DNA of 64,000 nucleotides from an uncultured Eubacteriales bacterium. GTDB lineage: Bacteria; Bacillota; Clostridia; Oscillospirales; CAG-272. Positions 10,153 through 20,845 of the stretch are shown piece by piece (the first letter of the stretch is position 1; every line of letters begins with the position of its first letter). The stretch is taken from positions 5,865-69,864 of the forward strand of contig CATWNM010000007.1 of the NCBI GenBank assembly GCA_958352145.1. The letters run 5' to 3'. Both the position numbers and the translations under genes were made by a program. The notes under the pieces were generated by a model, which saw nothing but the letters and a program-made list of their open reading frames with translations, searched no databases and was not told the DNA's origin.

Positions 10153-11322
10153 ATGAAAAAAATTAAACTCGGGATCATCGGAATTGGGAATATGGGCAAG
10201 GGGCACCTGCAAAATGTGATTGATGGAAAATGTCCCTCGGTCGAGGTGGCCGCCGTCTGTGATATTGACGAAAAACAACTGGAATATGCGAAGGGAAAGC
10301 TGCCGGGCGTTCTTTGTTTTACGGATGCGATCAAAATGCATGACAGCGGAGAAGTCGACGCTGTGTTGATCGCCGTACCGCACTACGACCATCCCACTTA
10401 CGCAATAGAATGTTTCAAACGCGGGATTCATGTTATGATTGAAAAACCTGCGGGCGTATACGCAAGGCAGGTGCGTGAGATGAATGAGGCTGCGGACAAA
10501 GCAAATGTAAAATTCGGCATTATGTTTAATCAGCGTACAAATCCGCTTTATGCTAAGGCACGCGAGATCGTGCAAAGCGGCGCGCTCGGTAAGCCAAAGC
10601 GCCTTGTTTGGATCGTGACAAACTGGTATCGCACGCAGGCATATTACGATTCGGGCAGTTGGCGTGCTACATGGAACGGAGAGGGCGGGGGCGTGCTGCT
10701 GAATCAGGCACCGCATAATCTTGACTTGTGGCAGTGGATTTTCGGTATGCCGAAAAAAATCCGTGCTTTTTGCAGTTTTGGAAAATATCACAATATCGAT
10801 GTCGAGGACGACGTTACGATTTACGGCGAGTATGAAAACGGCGCCTCCGCTGTTTTTATTTCCACTACGGGTGAAGTCCCCGGTACAAACCGTTTGGAAA
10901 TTTCGGGCGATCGCGGAAAAATCGTGATTGAAGGCGGGAAGTTAAAATGGTGGAAGTTGTCTGTACCCGAGCGCGAATTCTGTTTCACTGCAAAAAAGGG
11001 ATTCGCCGTGCCTGAAAAGACCTATGAGGAGTTTTCGGATGAGGTGGTAGAGGGACATCCTAAGGTACTGGAAGCATTCGCCAAGGCGATCCTTTTTGAT
11101 ACCGAGCTTATTGCCGATGGCAGAGAGGGACTGAATTCGCTCTCTATTTCCAATGCTGCGTATATATCGGCATGGACAGAAACATGGGCGGAGATCCCCA
11201 CTGACGAAGCCCTTTTTGAACAGCATCTTGCAGAGCTTTGCAGCCGAGAAACGGGCGCGAAAAAGGCGGGAGATGCCGAATCACTCGACGCCTTGCGCGA
11301 ACGTTGGAGGGTCAGATGGTGA
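10153..11322 (+). CDS. Gfo/Idh/MocA family NAD(P)-dependent oxidoreductase
   Basis: N-terminal Rossmann KLGIIGIGNMGKGH and the canonical EKP motif (MIEKPAG). GGAGG lies 5 nt before the ATG at 10153. Confidence 0.85.
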   Translation: MKKIKLGIIGIGNMGKGHLQNVIDGKCPSVEVAAVCDIDEKQLEYAKGKLPGVLCFTDAIKMHDSGEVDAVLIAVPHYDHPTYAIECFKRGIHVMIEKPAGVYARQVREMNEAADKANVKFGIMFNQRTNPLYAKAREIVQSGALGKPKRLVWIVTNWYRTQAYYDSGSWRATWNGEGGGVLLNQAPHNLDLWQWIFGMPKKIRAFCSFGKYHNIDVEDDVTIYGEYENGASAVFISTTGEVPGTNRLEISGDRGKIVIEGGKLKWWKLSVPEREFCFTAKKGFAVPEKTYEEFSDEVVEGHPKVLEAFAKAILFDTELIADGREGLNSLSISNAAYISAWTETWAEIPTDEALFEQHLAELCSRETGAKKAGDAESLDALRERWRVRW

Positions 11323-11326
11323 CGCC

Positions 11327-12163
11327 GTGAATGTATTTGCGCTGATGCTGCTTGTTGCCACGTGTTACACGTTTACCTCGCTGAGCGATAAATCTGCCAT
11401 TACCGAGGCAAAGCTTTCGGGCAATATGTTCACGTTTCTCATGTGCGCATCGATGTCCGTTTTTTTGGCAGTGAGCTTGCCTTTTCAGGAAATCTATTTT
11501 CTGCTGTCGTGGCAGGCGTTTGCGGGAATTTTATTTGTCTCGCTTTGCAAAATGCTGGAGTTTCAGATGAGTGCGCTTGTTTTGCGGCAGTTATCGGCGT
11601 TTGAATTAAAAGCGTGGCTCGGCATAACGCTGTTTGCATCGTATATTACCGATATATGCTATGGCGCACCCCTACGATTTTTAAAGCTTGCGTGCATCAC
11701 GGTAACCGTTTGCGGTCTTGCACTTGTGGCAAGATCGGGACGAGGCCGTCAGATAGAATACCGAAAGATCCTATTGCCGCTGGTACTGTATCTTGCTGCA
11801 AAGTACGGCTACGGTCTTGTGATCAAAGCTTTTACACCGTATGCATCGTCTGCCATGCTGCTTCTGCCTGCTTTTGTGCTGATTGCAATCATTCTGCTGC
11901 CTACGGTGACAATCGCGCAGCTTCGAGCCAGCCGCAGCGGCATACAAAAGGTTGTCCTTGCCCGCATCCCCAACACTGTTGGTATACTTGCGGAAAATGC
12001 GGTCATCTCTGTCAGCCTTACGAGTTATTCATTTATTCAGCCGATGGTATTGGTAGGGCTGTTATTTATCCGCCTGTTGCGAAAAGAGTGTTGTTCGGTG
12101 CCCAGTCTATTCGGCAGTATCCTCTGTATTCTTGGTTTGTTTGCCTTTCAGATCTTAGGATAA
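11327..12163 (+). CDS. Multi-pass membrane protein, DMT/EamA-like putative transporter
   Basis: About 278 aa and almost entirely hydrophobic, with roughly 9-10 segments. It is the last gene of the AraC-controlled operon. The start is uncertain (GTG 11327 or ATG 11345); the upstream part of the 11153 ORF overlaps the oxidoreductase and is not credible. Confidence 0.5.
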   Translation: MNVFALMLLVATCYTFTSLSDKSAITEAKLSGNMFTFLMCASMSVFLAVSLPFQEIYFLLSWQAFAGILFVSLCKMLEFQMSALVLRQLSAFELKAWLGITLFASYITDICYGAPLRFLKLACITVTVCGLALVARSGRGRQIEYRKILLPLVLYLAAKYGYGLVIKAFTPYASSAMLLLPAFVLIAIILLPTVTIAQLRASRSGIQKVVLARIPNTVGILAENAVISVSLTSYSFIQPMVLVGLLFIRLLRKECCSVPSLFGSILCILGLFAFQILG

Positions 12164-12164
12164 A

Positions 12165-12354
12165 TTAAAAGAAGAACCAATGAGAAGTTTTAAGCAAACA
12201 GCCTTGGAGGTGACGGAAACAAAGAAGATAAGCAAAAAAGGTAGCGGTAGCTCTATAACGGGAATTCCTATTTACAGCTTTTCGCAGATTTTTACCGATT
12301 TTTAGAGATTTTGGCACCATAAGGGCACTATTTAGAAAAATTGAGCGGCACTTT
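12165..12354 (+). repeat. Scar homologous to the 3' tail of the right-hand integrase plus its downstream arm region
   Basis: CTCTATAACGGGA, TTTACAGCTTTTC and GGCACCATAAGGGCAC occur in the same order and orientation as 38170-38255. This is a remnant of an earlier element. Confidence 0.6.
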
Positions 12355-12401
12355 GACAAAGTGAAAACCCTTGAAAACGTAGTGCTTTCAAGGGTTTGTG
12401 G
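12355..12401 (+). repeat. Left copy of the island-flanking direct repeat (att-like core with hairpin)
   Basis: GACAAAGTGAAAACCCTTGAAAACgtagtgcTTTCAAGGGTTTGTgg matches 38358-38404 except in the hairpin loop and the last bases. Confidence 0.75.
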
Positions 12402-12713
12402 TATAAGGAATATAGAAAAGATAATTTCGGCTGTTTTGCAAAAAACTTTGAATCTATAGTTTATTATTGAAGTTATATTTGATAAAAATGTGTAATTTAG
12501 ATATAAAGTCTGCTTTGCTGTTTTCGTAAACTGCTTCGTTCTTACACCGATGCTTGTTGCAGAACGAAGTAATTGCTTTGCAATAATTGTATTTTTTTCG
12601 TTTTAGAAAGCACTTCAAAAACAAAACGATTTGGGTTGAAAAATCAAAAGATTTATTATGTAATGGGCTGGTTATTGTTATTACCTCTGAACGAATTATA
12701 TCACAATCAAATT

Positions 12714-13610
12714 TTATATTCCATGCTTTGCAAAGCAAAGTCGCCTTTTCTCATATCTTTCTCCATTATCTTTTCTAATAAAAAACGGTAAAGTAACATC
12801 GGTAATCGGCAGTATGCGGTCTTGCGATTTTGTAGGGGCCATTTCGGTAATTGTGGTCGTGCCGGGTGGAACTTTGAACGGTAATTGCTCAACGACAGCA
12901 AAACGCTTGTTTTTCAAATCAATATTGCTCCAACGCAAGCCGAGAACTTCATTACGCCGTAGTCCGTAAAGACCGCTTAAAACAAATATCATTTCTCACT
13001 CATTACCTGAACCCAATGCCATAAGGTGCTGCATTTGCTCGACCGTATAGGGGGCGGGCGCTTTTGCGTCTTTGCCGAACTTCATTAGTATATCTCTTGT
13101 GGGATTTGTTTCAATATAGTGATATTTCCGTGCCGCTTCAAACGCAACGCTTAATATTCGTTGCGTATAACGGCAAGTGCTGGTTGACAATCCTTTGTCG
13201 GAAAGCCGTTTTAACATATTGTCAATCATCGCCGGCGTCAGCTTTTTCAGAGGAACATTCCCGATATATGGAACAATATGGTTTTTGATGTGGCATTTAT
13301 ATCCCGAAAAGGTGCTTGGTCGTAAATTGGCTTTGCCGTGAATCTCAACCCATTCCTCTAAATATTCCTGTACGGTCTGTTTGGCTTCGACAGCCTTAAT
13401 CGGCTCATAACTCGGATTTGTCAGTTTAACACGCATTTCCGCTTCATGGTCTAACGCTTCTTTCTTTGTCAGAAATCCTCGTTTGCCGTATGTTTTATAT
13501 CCATTAGCCGTTTTATAGCGTATAAACACATCATAAACGGTTCCGGCTCTCGCTGTACTGCCGCCGTCAGCAGTGCGCTTATTTTTTACTTGGCGTGTGG
13601 TAACAGACAT
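12714..13610 (-). pseudogene. int: Tyrosine integrase (Tn916-Int-like), disrupted and 3'-truncated
   Basis: The N-terminal arm-binding and SAM-like domains are collinear with the right-hand integrase. There is an in-frame TGA at 12996-12998 where the paralog has TGG (TEWEM vs GNE*EM). Homology ends after ITDVTLPFF, so the HxxR and Tyr catalytic half is missing. Confidence 0.85.
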
Positions 13611-13643
13611 TTAATCACCTCCTGTCCCCGCTGTGGGACAGGT

Positions 13644-13722
13644 ACAATATCGGTTGTACCAATCCCATATGGCTTTGTCTGCAAGTAAACAGCGATTCCC
13701 GTTTTGTATATACTCAAGCTAT
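13644..13722 (-). pseudogene. xis: Excisionase (Xis) 3' remnant
   Basis: The reverse complement reads LEYIQNGNR..AIWDWY, collinear with the intact xis at 36641-36877. The 5' half is absent. Confidence 0.65.
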
Positions 13723-13838
13723 CATACTTTAGTTCCTAAATATCTCCTTCTTTAAATCCCGGGAGCGGAGGAATAAGCCTCAGGCTTTCATTTTGCAGTC
13801 GAAGTACATTACATCTTCACTTTTCTTGGTTGTATTTC

Positions 13839-14708
13839 TTATGCCTTTCGTTGTGCAAGAATCCAATTCAAAATGTTTTCATCATCGAAAAGAATATTAC
13901 CGCCGCCGTGGTAGTTATAAATGCCACGGCTGTTAAAGTATTCGTTATCGGGGATTTCTACAATCAATCGTTCACTAATTTGTTCATCTGTATATCCCTT
14001 TTCACGGTAAGCCGCTTGCAGACTGCTATAAGCGGATCGTGCTTTTTCAGAACCGTAATACTCATCGTTTTCAGCCATAAAGATATATACGGCTACATCA
14101 TTTTGAACTATTGGCTCATAAGCACCGTCCCATTGAGACGCACCGTGCAGATACGCTGCATACAAATCAGGGCGCATTGATACCGCCTGCGACATTGTTT
14201 CGCCTCCTGCCGAATATCCGGCGGCGTAAACTCTTGCCGGATCGACTGCAAAATTATCTATGAAGTATTTCGTCAGTTCAATCGCTTGTCTTGCAGATGT
14301 TTCGTGCCAATCGGTAAATTGAGCAGAAACCACAATCATATCTTCTGCAAGTTCTGTCCATACCTGAAAGCCACTCCATTTCAAATTATTGCCCGAAGAA
14401 TCTTCGCCAAACCACATCATATCGTAACCCGGCATAGTCATCATCAAGGGATAAGTCTTGCTTTCGTCGTAATCCTCCGGCAAGTAATAGCTATAATGAA
14501 TCTCGCCGTCATTACCGTTCAAAATCTGTTCAGAGAAAATACCGGTTTTTTCGGATAAGTTTTCTGTTTCGCTCCGTGTTTTCGATTCGGCAGCAACAGA
14601 TTCAGGCACCTTATTACTTTCGGAATCATCTATCGGCTGATTTACCGAGCAAGCGGTAATCAAAAGTGAAATTATCAATATGGTAGATAGAACCACTTCC
14701 TTTTTCAC
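13839..14708 (-). CDS. Lipoprotein alpha/beta hydrolase (esterase)
   Basis: 289 aa. Signal peptide plus lipobox (LLITAC). Nucleophile elbow GYSAGG. Confidence 0.75.
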   Translation of the reverse strand: MKKEVVLSTILIISLLITACSVNQPIDDSESNKVPESVAAESKTRSETENLSEKTGIFSEQILNGNDGEIHYSYYLPEDYDESKTYPLMMTMPGYDMMWFGEDSSGNNLKWSGFQVWTELAEDMIVVSAQFTDWHETSARQAIELTKYFIDNFAVDPARVYAAGYSAGGETMSQAVSMRPDLYAAYLHGASQWDGAYEPIVQNDVAVYIFMAENDEYYGSEKARSAYSSLQAAYREKGYTDEQISERLIVEIPDNEYFNSRGIYNYHGGGNILFDDENILNWILAQRKA

Positions 14709-14737
14709 TTATTCCACCTCGCTTTGAAAGACTGTTG

Positions 14738-15577
14738 TTAATGCAGTTTTGTCAGCATTTCCACAACCGACGGATCGTAGTGGGAGAAAAACAGGCTTTC
14801 CTTTTCGTCCAATGCTCGGATTGCGTTCATATCGTTTTCGTCAAGTGCAAAATCAAAGACATTGAGATTTTCCGCCATACGCTCCTTATGGGTGGATTTC
14901 GGGATTACCACAACATCGCTTTGCAGGAGGAAACGGAGAGCAACCTGTGCGGCACTTTTGCCGTGCTTTTTGCCAATCTCATTCAGTACGGGATTGGAAA
15001 AGAAATCCTTTCTGCCCTCGGCGAACGGGCCCCAAGATTCGTGCTGTACGCCGTATTTTTCCATATATTCGTGGGCTGATTTCTGCTGTTGGAAAATATG
15101 CGTTTCCACCTGATTGATCGCAGGTTTTACCTCGACAAAGCTGCACAAATCCACCAATCTGTCTGGATAAAAATTGGAAACACCGATTGCCCGAATCCAG
15201 CCTTCTTTATAGGCTTCTTCCATTGCCCGGTAAGTACCGTAGTAATCATTAAAGGGCTGATGAATCAAAACAAGGTCGATATACTCGGTTTGCAGTTTGC
15301 GTAAGGATTCTTTCAGCGATTCCTTTGCTTTTTCATATCCTCCGTTTGTAATCCAAACCTTTGTGGTAATAAAGAGTTCGTTACGGGAAACGCCGCACTT
15401 GCTGATAGCATTTCCGACCGCATCTTCGTTGCCGTATGCTTGTGCCGTATCAATCGAGCGATAGCCGACGCTGATTGCGTCCAGTACGCAGCGTTCACAT
15501 TCTTCGTTTGACACCTGATATACGCCGTAGCCCAGCTTTGGCATTTTGATTCCGTTATTCAAAGTTACATACTCCAT
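14738..15577 (-). CDS. Aldo/keto reductase (2,5-diketo-D-gluconate reductase-like)
   Basis: 279 aa. MEYVTLNNGIKMPKLGYGVYQV, IDTAQAYGNE and LVLIHQP are AKR hallmarks. Confidence 0.9.
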   Translation of the reverse strand: MEYVTLNNGIKMPKLGYGVYQVSNEECERCVLDAISVGYRSIDTAQAYGNEDAVGNAISKCGVSRNELFITTKVWITNGGYEKAKESLKESLRKLQTEYIDLVLIHQPFNDYYGTYRAMEEAYKEGWIRAIGVSNFYPDRLVDLCSFVEVKPAINQVETHIFQQQKSAHEYMEKYGVQHESWGPFAEGRKDFFSNPVLNEIGKKHGKSAAQVALRFLLQSDVVVIPKSTHKERMAENLNVFDFALDENDMNAIRALDEKESLFFSHYDPSVVEMLTKLH

Positions 15578-15590
15578 AATTGATTTCTCC

Positions 15591-16346
15591 TTATTTTACA
15601 TTTTTATAATCTTCGTTTCTTACAGGCTCACACCATTCGGTATGTGTGTTTTCTCCCGGTACTTCCACCGCAAGATGAGAGAACCAACTATCCGGTGCTG
15701 CACCGTGCCAATGCTTCACGCCTGCCGGAATATTGATAACATCCCCTGCTGTCATACAAATCGGTTTCTTGCCCCATTCTTGATAGAAGCCCCTGCCGGC
15801 AACACAGACCAAAATCTGACCGCCGCCCTGATCGGCGTGGTGGATATGCCAGTTATTTCGGCACCCCGGTTCAAAGGTCACATTGAAAATACCCACCTGT
15901 TCTTGGGACACAGGGGCAAGATAACTTTGCCCCGCAAAATACTGTGCAAAGGCATCGTTCGGCTGCCCGATCGGGAACAGCATAGATTTTTCATAAGCGG
16001 TTTTTTTGTCCGCTTCGTCTGTTTCATCTTTCCAAATATCTTTTGCTAAGCAGAAAGCCGCCCACGCTTTGGGCCAGCCTGCATAAAAGGCTGCGTGCGT
16101 AATAGTTTCGGCGATTTCGCTTCTTGTGATTCCATTCGCTTTTGCCGATTCCAGATGATGAACGAAAGAGGTATCTGTAAGCCCTTGAGAAAGAAGCGCC
16201 ACTACGGTTATCAAAGAGCGTTCTTTCAGAGAGAGTTTGTCCTCTCTGCTCCATACCTGACCGAAAAGCACGTCGTCATTGAGTTCTGCAAATTTAGGCG
16301 CAAATTCTCCGAGGGCGGTTCTTCCCGCCGTTTGCTTTACTGACAT
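15591..16346 (-). CDS. Carboxymuconolactone decarboxylase-family / cupin fusion protein
   Basis: 251 aa. The N-terminal CMD-like half (LFGQVWSREDKLSLKERSLITV) is fused to a C-terminal cupin (WHIHHADQGGGQILVCVAGRG...GVKHWHGA). Confidence 0.75.
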   Translation of the reverse strand: MSVKQTAGRTALGEFAPKFAELNDDVLFGQVWSREDKLSLKERSLITVVALLSQGLTDTSFVHHLESAKANGITRSEIAETITHAAFYAGWPKAWAAFCLAKDIWKDETDEADKKTAYEKSMLFPIGQPNDAFAQYFAGQSYLAPVSQEQVGIFNVTFEPGCRNNWHIHHADQGGGQILVCVAGRGFYQEWGKKPICMTAGDVINIPAGVKHWHGAAPDSWFSHLAVEVPGENTHTEWCEPVRNEDYKNVK

Positions 16347-16380
16347 ACTGTTGCCCTCCTAACATATTGATATATCGTTA

Positions 16381-16830
16381 TCAGAGATTTTCTGATAATT
16401 TATGGGCCTCGGAACGGTTGGTTGCCATACCTGCGTATTTCATTCCGTAAAGTCCTGCAAAGCGTTTCATCGTATATTCTCCGGCGTCCAACATCCATTT
16501 TTCCGGTGCTGCGCCTTGAAAGAGGAAATAGAGCGTTCTGCCAGACAATGAACCGTTTTCTACCAACCCGTAGAAACGATCCAGCATATTTCGTACCGAG
16601 CCGCAGATGTTGTGCCAGTACAGCGGAGAGCCAATAACAATTACCTCTGCCTGTTCCATTTTCGCAATAACCTGACCGAACTGATCGTCCTCGAAATGCT
16701 GCCCGTAACTTCCGATTCTGTAATCTGTCAAATTCTGCGTTTCATATTCTTTTCCTTTCAGAAGCTCTTTTGCAAGGGCGGCGGTATTTCCGCTCTGATT
16801 CGGGCTTCCGTTGATAAATAAGATGTTCAT
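16381..16830 (-). CDS. Flavodoxin-fold NAD(P)H-dependent FMN reductase-like protein
   Basis: 149 aa. MNILFINGSPNQSGNT and IGSPLYWHN are typical of the FMN_red/flavodoxin_2 fold. Confidence 0.7.
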   Translation of the reverse strand: MNILFINGSPNQSGNTAALAKELLKGKEYETQNLTDYRIGSYGQHFEDDQFGQVIAKMEQAEVIVIGSPLYWHNICGSVRNMLDRFYGLVENGSLSGRTLYFLFQGAAPEKWMLDAGEYTMKRFAGLYGMKYAGMATNRSEAHKLSENL

Positions 16831-16851
16831 TTGTTATTCCTCCTATAAAAT

Positions 16852-17870
<1,019 letters not shown>

Positions 17871-18407
17871 CTATACATTTTTGCCCATTTCATAGGCTTC
17901 AGCCATAGCCGGGGTACCCAGTATCGTGCCTTTTTCATAGACGCCTGTGCCGTAAATAACGCCCATTTCTTTTGCACCGTTTACGCAGTCAGCATAGCCG
18001 CGGAAACAGGCAAGTGTGGTTTCCATAGACGATTTATCTTCATCGGCGGCAGTCATAATATAGTAAAACTCTTTGTTTTTCACCTCTAGCCAGCGGGCAA
18101 CCGTCCTGTCGATAACCGCTTTTAACTGTGCGTCAATGGAATAGAAATAAACAGGGCTTGCAAGCACAAGTACATCGGCGTCGATCATTGCCTGCAAAAT
18201 TTCTGCCATATCATCTTTGTAAGCGCACTCGCCGCCGTGTTCACGGCAAAAATAGCAAGCGCGGCAAGGCGTTACTTTTTTGTTTGCAACATTGATTTTG
18301 GTTACATTGTTGCCGGCTTCCTTTGCTCCACGCATAAATTCATCACAGAGTAAATCGGAGTTGCCGCCGCCCCGGGGGCTGCCGGATAAGATAAGTACAT
18401 TTTTCAT
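17871..18407 (-). CDS. Iron-sulfur flavoprotein (Isf)-like flavodoxin-fold protein
   Basis: 178 aa. MKNVLILSGSPRGGGNS plus the compact Cys motif C-x2-C-x2-C-x6-C (PCRACYFCREHGGEC). Confidence 0.7.
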   Translation of the reverse strand: MKNVLILSGSPRGGGNSDLLCDEFMRGAKEAGNNVTKINVANKKVTPCRACYFCREHGGECAYKDDMAEILQAMIDADVLVLASPVYFYSIDAQLKAVIDRTVARWLEVKNKEFYYIMTAADEDKSSMETTLACFRGYADCVNGAKEMGVIYGTGVYEKGTILGTPAMAEAYEMGKNV

Positions 18408-18427
18408 TGTTCAAATTCTCCTTGTTT

Positions 18428-19111
18428 TTAATTTTTATAACCAAGTTCGTCAAGCCACTCGTCAACGGCGCTTTCTGCCTCGGCTACATTGTTGCCCGCA
18501 TAGGTAAAGTAGTTGTCGGCTAATACGGTTGAATCCGGACAAAGTTCCTCCAGAGTAGAAATGCTGCCCGCACCCGACGAGCTGCCGTTATGCGTAAAAA
18601 ACGGAATGATTGTTTTTCCCGACAGGTCATATTCTTCGAGAAAAGACCAAACAGGCATTGGCAGATCGTACCACCAAATCGGGAAGCCAATAAAGATAAC
18701 ATCGTATTCAGCCATAGCCTCTTTATCTATGTGAGAGGAAAGGGGTGGGCGAGTACCGCTGTTAAGTTCGTCTTGCGCCCGATCAAATACATCGTCGCTT
18801 GTATAATTGACTTCGGGCGTAATTCTAAATAATTCACCGCCTGTTTTATCAGAAATCCAGTTCGCAACCTGCTGTGTATTGCCCGACCAAGAGAAATAGG
18901 CGACCAAGATATTAGAATCACCTGCCACGCTTTCTTCGGAGGCGCTGTCAGCGGGATCCTCTGTGTTGTTGTCTGTGACAGCGTTATCATTATTCATAGT
19001 GGCACCGATGTTGTCCGCAGCGTTATTGCTTTGCTGGTTGCAGGCGGACAGAGAGAGAACGCAGCCAACACATAAAACAAGCGAAATCATTGATAATAAA
19101 ATTTTCTTCAT
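18428..19111 (-). CDS. Lipoprotein-anchored flavodoxin-domain protein
   Basis: 227 aa. Signal peptide plus lipobox (LSLSAC), a low-complexity linker, then a flavodoxin domain (ILVAYFSWSGNTQQVA...IGFPIWWYD). Its ATG overlaps the upstream stop (ATGA). Confidence 0.75.
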   Translation of the reverse strand: MKKILLSMISLVLCVGCVLSLSACNQQSNNAADNIGATMNNDNAVTDNNTEDPADSASEESVAGDSNILVAYFSWSGNTQQVANWISDKTGGELFRITPEVNYTSDDVFDRAQDELNSGTRPPLSSHIDKEAMAEYDVIFIGFPIWWYDLPMPVWSFLEEYDLSGKTIIPFFTHNGSSSGAGSISTLEELCPDSTVLADNYFTYAGNNVAEAESAVDEWLDELGYKN

Positions 19112-19794
19112 AGTGCCTCCTTAAATTTTTCCTTTTGATTTTTGTCCAGCCTACTTTTCTTTTGCAACAGTTTCTTACCGTAATAGGCGAAACCTGCAAA
19201 GGTAGAGGACATAGCGATAGTTTCAAAAAAATATATTATTGCTGATTTATCGGTATCAAAAAACTTAAACTCGGTAAGGTAGAACAGTTCCTCGTAAAAG
19301 GCTCTGCCGAAAAATACATAAATGCCGTATGCCGCCAGTAAAACGACAATGATTTGACCTGCCCGCAGAAGTGACCTCCTCTGTTTGAGCTTATTCGCCA
19401 AAGGCGTGAAATGCAATCCCAAATGCAGGTTCATCAGTACAAACGTCCATGCGGTTGCGATAAGGTGAAGCATTCTGCCGAATTTTGCCCCGCCTAAATT
19501 CAGAAAGGCAAAAACTTTTCCCGAAACCAGCACTGAACTTACCATACAGCACAACATAGTGATAAGCAGCGCAATATTGATAATCGTCGATACCGTCCTT
19601 GTCGGTGCGTATTTCCCCTTGAAAAGCGTTTTATACCAACGGAAATTCAGGATATTGTGAGCGATAAACAACACAAATAATGCTATACCGATCCATTCGT
19701 GCAATCCACCCCATAGGTGTTCTTGCATAAGGGCAACAAAGATTAGGTACATAGCAATGTCAATAGTAATTTTAACAACCCGCTTGTATTGCAT
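19108..19794 (-). CDS. His-rich polytopic membrane protein (DUF4405-like, possible b-type cytochrome fold)
   Basis: 228 aa with about six hydrophobic segments. Histidines sit in or next to TM segments (EHLWGGLHEW, IAHNIL, MLHLIA, LHLGLH). The family assignment is from memory and needs an HMM check. Confidence 0.5.
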   Translation of the reverse strand: MQYKRVVKITIDIAMYLIFVALMQEHLWGGLHEWIGIALFVLFIAHNILNFRWYKTLFKGKYAPTRTVSTIINIALLITMLCCMVSSVLVSGKVFAFLNLGGAKFGRMLHLIATAWTFVLMNLHLGLHFTPLANKLKQRRSLLRAGQIIVVLLAAYGIYVFFGRAFYEELFYLTEFKFFDTDKSAIIYFFETIAMSSTFAGFAYYGKKLLQKKSRLDKNQKEKFKEAL

Positions 19795-19798
19795 TTTG

Positions 19799-20845
19799 TC
19801 ACCTCCATATTAGGCGCAGCCCATTGTAAAAGTACAGCATAGCGTAGTAGCCGGAATGATCGCCGTCAGATTCAAGGTAATATAAATTTCCCTCTGCTTC
19901 ATTATCGGCAAAACGGAAAATACCGCTGTCGCTTGCCGCCATAGTGTCAATTCCACGCTTAAAACCTGAATAAGCGAAATCGTTTGTCCCCGAAGCGGCA
20001 AAAATGAAGAAATCGTTCCAATCGTGCCCCGAACTTTGGACAATACTCTCGTAGGTTTCTACGCTTGAAGCAGGGCCTCCGCTTGACGGCATAAAATAGC
20101 GGAAGTAATCAAGGCAATATTCAAAAGTACGCCAAGTTGCCATAGAACCCATTGAAAATCCGCAGAAAGCCCGATAATCACGAGAAGCGGCAATCGCTTC
20201 GGGAGTGATGTCTTCGGCATAAGTGCTGTATTTCCCCTCCACTGCCGGAATAAGGTCGTTTATTAACTCATTGTGATAATTGTCGGTCAACCGGAGAGCA
20301 AGACCGTAGTCGCCGCTGTCCTCCGGGCTTGTATTGTTGTAGGTAGGGCAAACAACAATCATCGGCTGGATTTCGCCGTTTGCAATGCCGTGATCGAGAA
20401 TGTGTTTCATTCTTAGCGGCTCATCAGGGCTGCCAAGATAGGCATATTCGTTACTCCAACCGCCGTGCATAAGATAGAACACGGGATATTTCTTACTTTC
20501 GTCATAGCCATACGGCAGATAAACAACAGCGTGCTTCCTAAGTTTTTGGCTTTTTTCCTCGTAGGAAAAGGATTCGTAAGAATCGTAGTAAAGGTCTTGC
20601 AAAGTGCCTTGCTGCTGGGCCTCGCTCAAATAGCTGTCGGGAATTGGGGTGAGCGAAACAGGAAAACGGTTTACGGTTTCGTCTGTATCAGACGGCGTAC
20701 TATTGTATTCAGCCCCCAAACTGCCGTTTTCTGCCCCTATATCCTCGCCGCCTATCGAGGACGAAGCACACGCCGAAAGAATGAGCGATAAGGCGATGAA
20801 CATAGTCAAAATTACAATACATTTTTTCATAGCATTATTTTTCAA
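19799..20845 (-). CDS. Lipoprotein esterase (putative esterase / feruloyl- or enterochelin-esterase-like alpha/beta hydrolase)
   Basis: 348 aa. Signal peptide plus lipobox (LILSAC). YPVFYLMHGG and the nucleophile elbow GFSMGS. Confidence 0.75.
   Translation of the reverse strand: MKNNAMKKCIVILTMFIALSLILSACASSSIGGEDIGAENGSLGAEYNSTPSDTDETVNRFPVSLTPIPDSYLSEAQQQGTLQDLYYDSYESFSYEEKSQKLRKHAVVYLPYGYDESKKYPVFYLMHGGWSNEYAYLGSPDEPLRMKHILDHGIANGEIQPMIVVCPTYNNTSPEDSGDYGLALRLTDNYHNELINDLIPAVEGKYSTYAEDITPEAIAASRDYRAFCGFSMGSMATWRTFEYCLDYFRYFMPSSGGPASSVETYESIVQSSGHDWNDFFIFAASGTNDFAYSGFKRGIDTMAASDSGIFRFADNEAEGNLYYLESDGDHSGYYAMLYFYNGLRLIWR

Noticed and set aside
10129-10791. 220-aa minus-strand ORF
   Set aside because: It is antisense to the Gfo/Idh/MocA oxidoreductase, has no motifs and has no RBS context.
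12454-12738. 94-aa ORF in the AT-rich filler
   Set aside because: It has low-complexity Lys/Asn/Phe/Cys composition driven by AT-richness and no RBS. It overlaps the decayed end of the integrase, so it is not reported as a gene.
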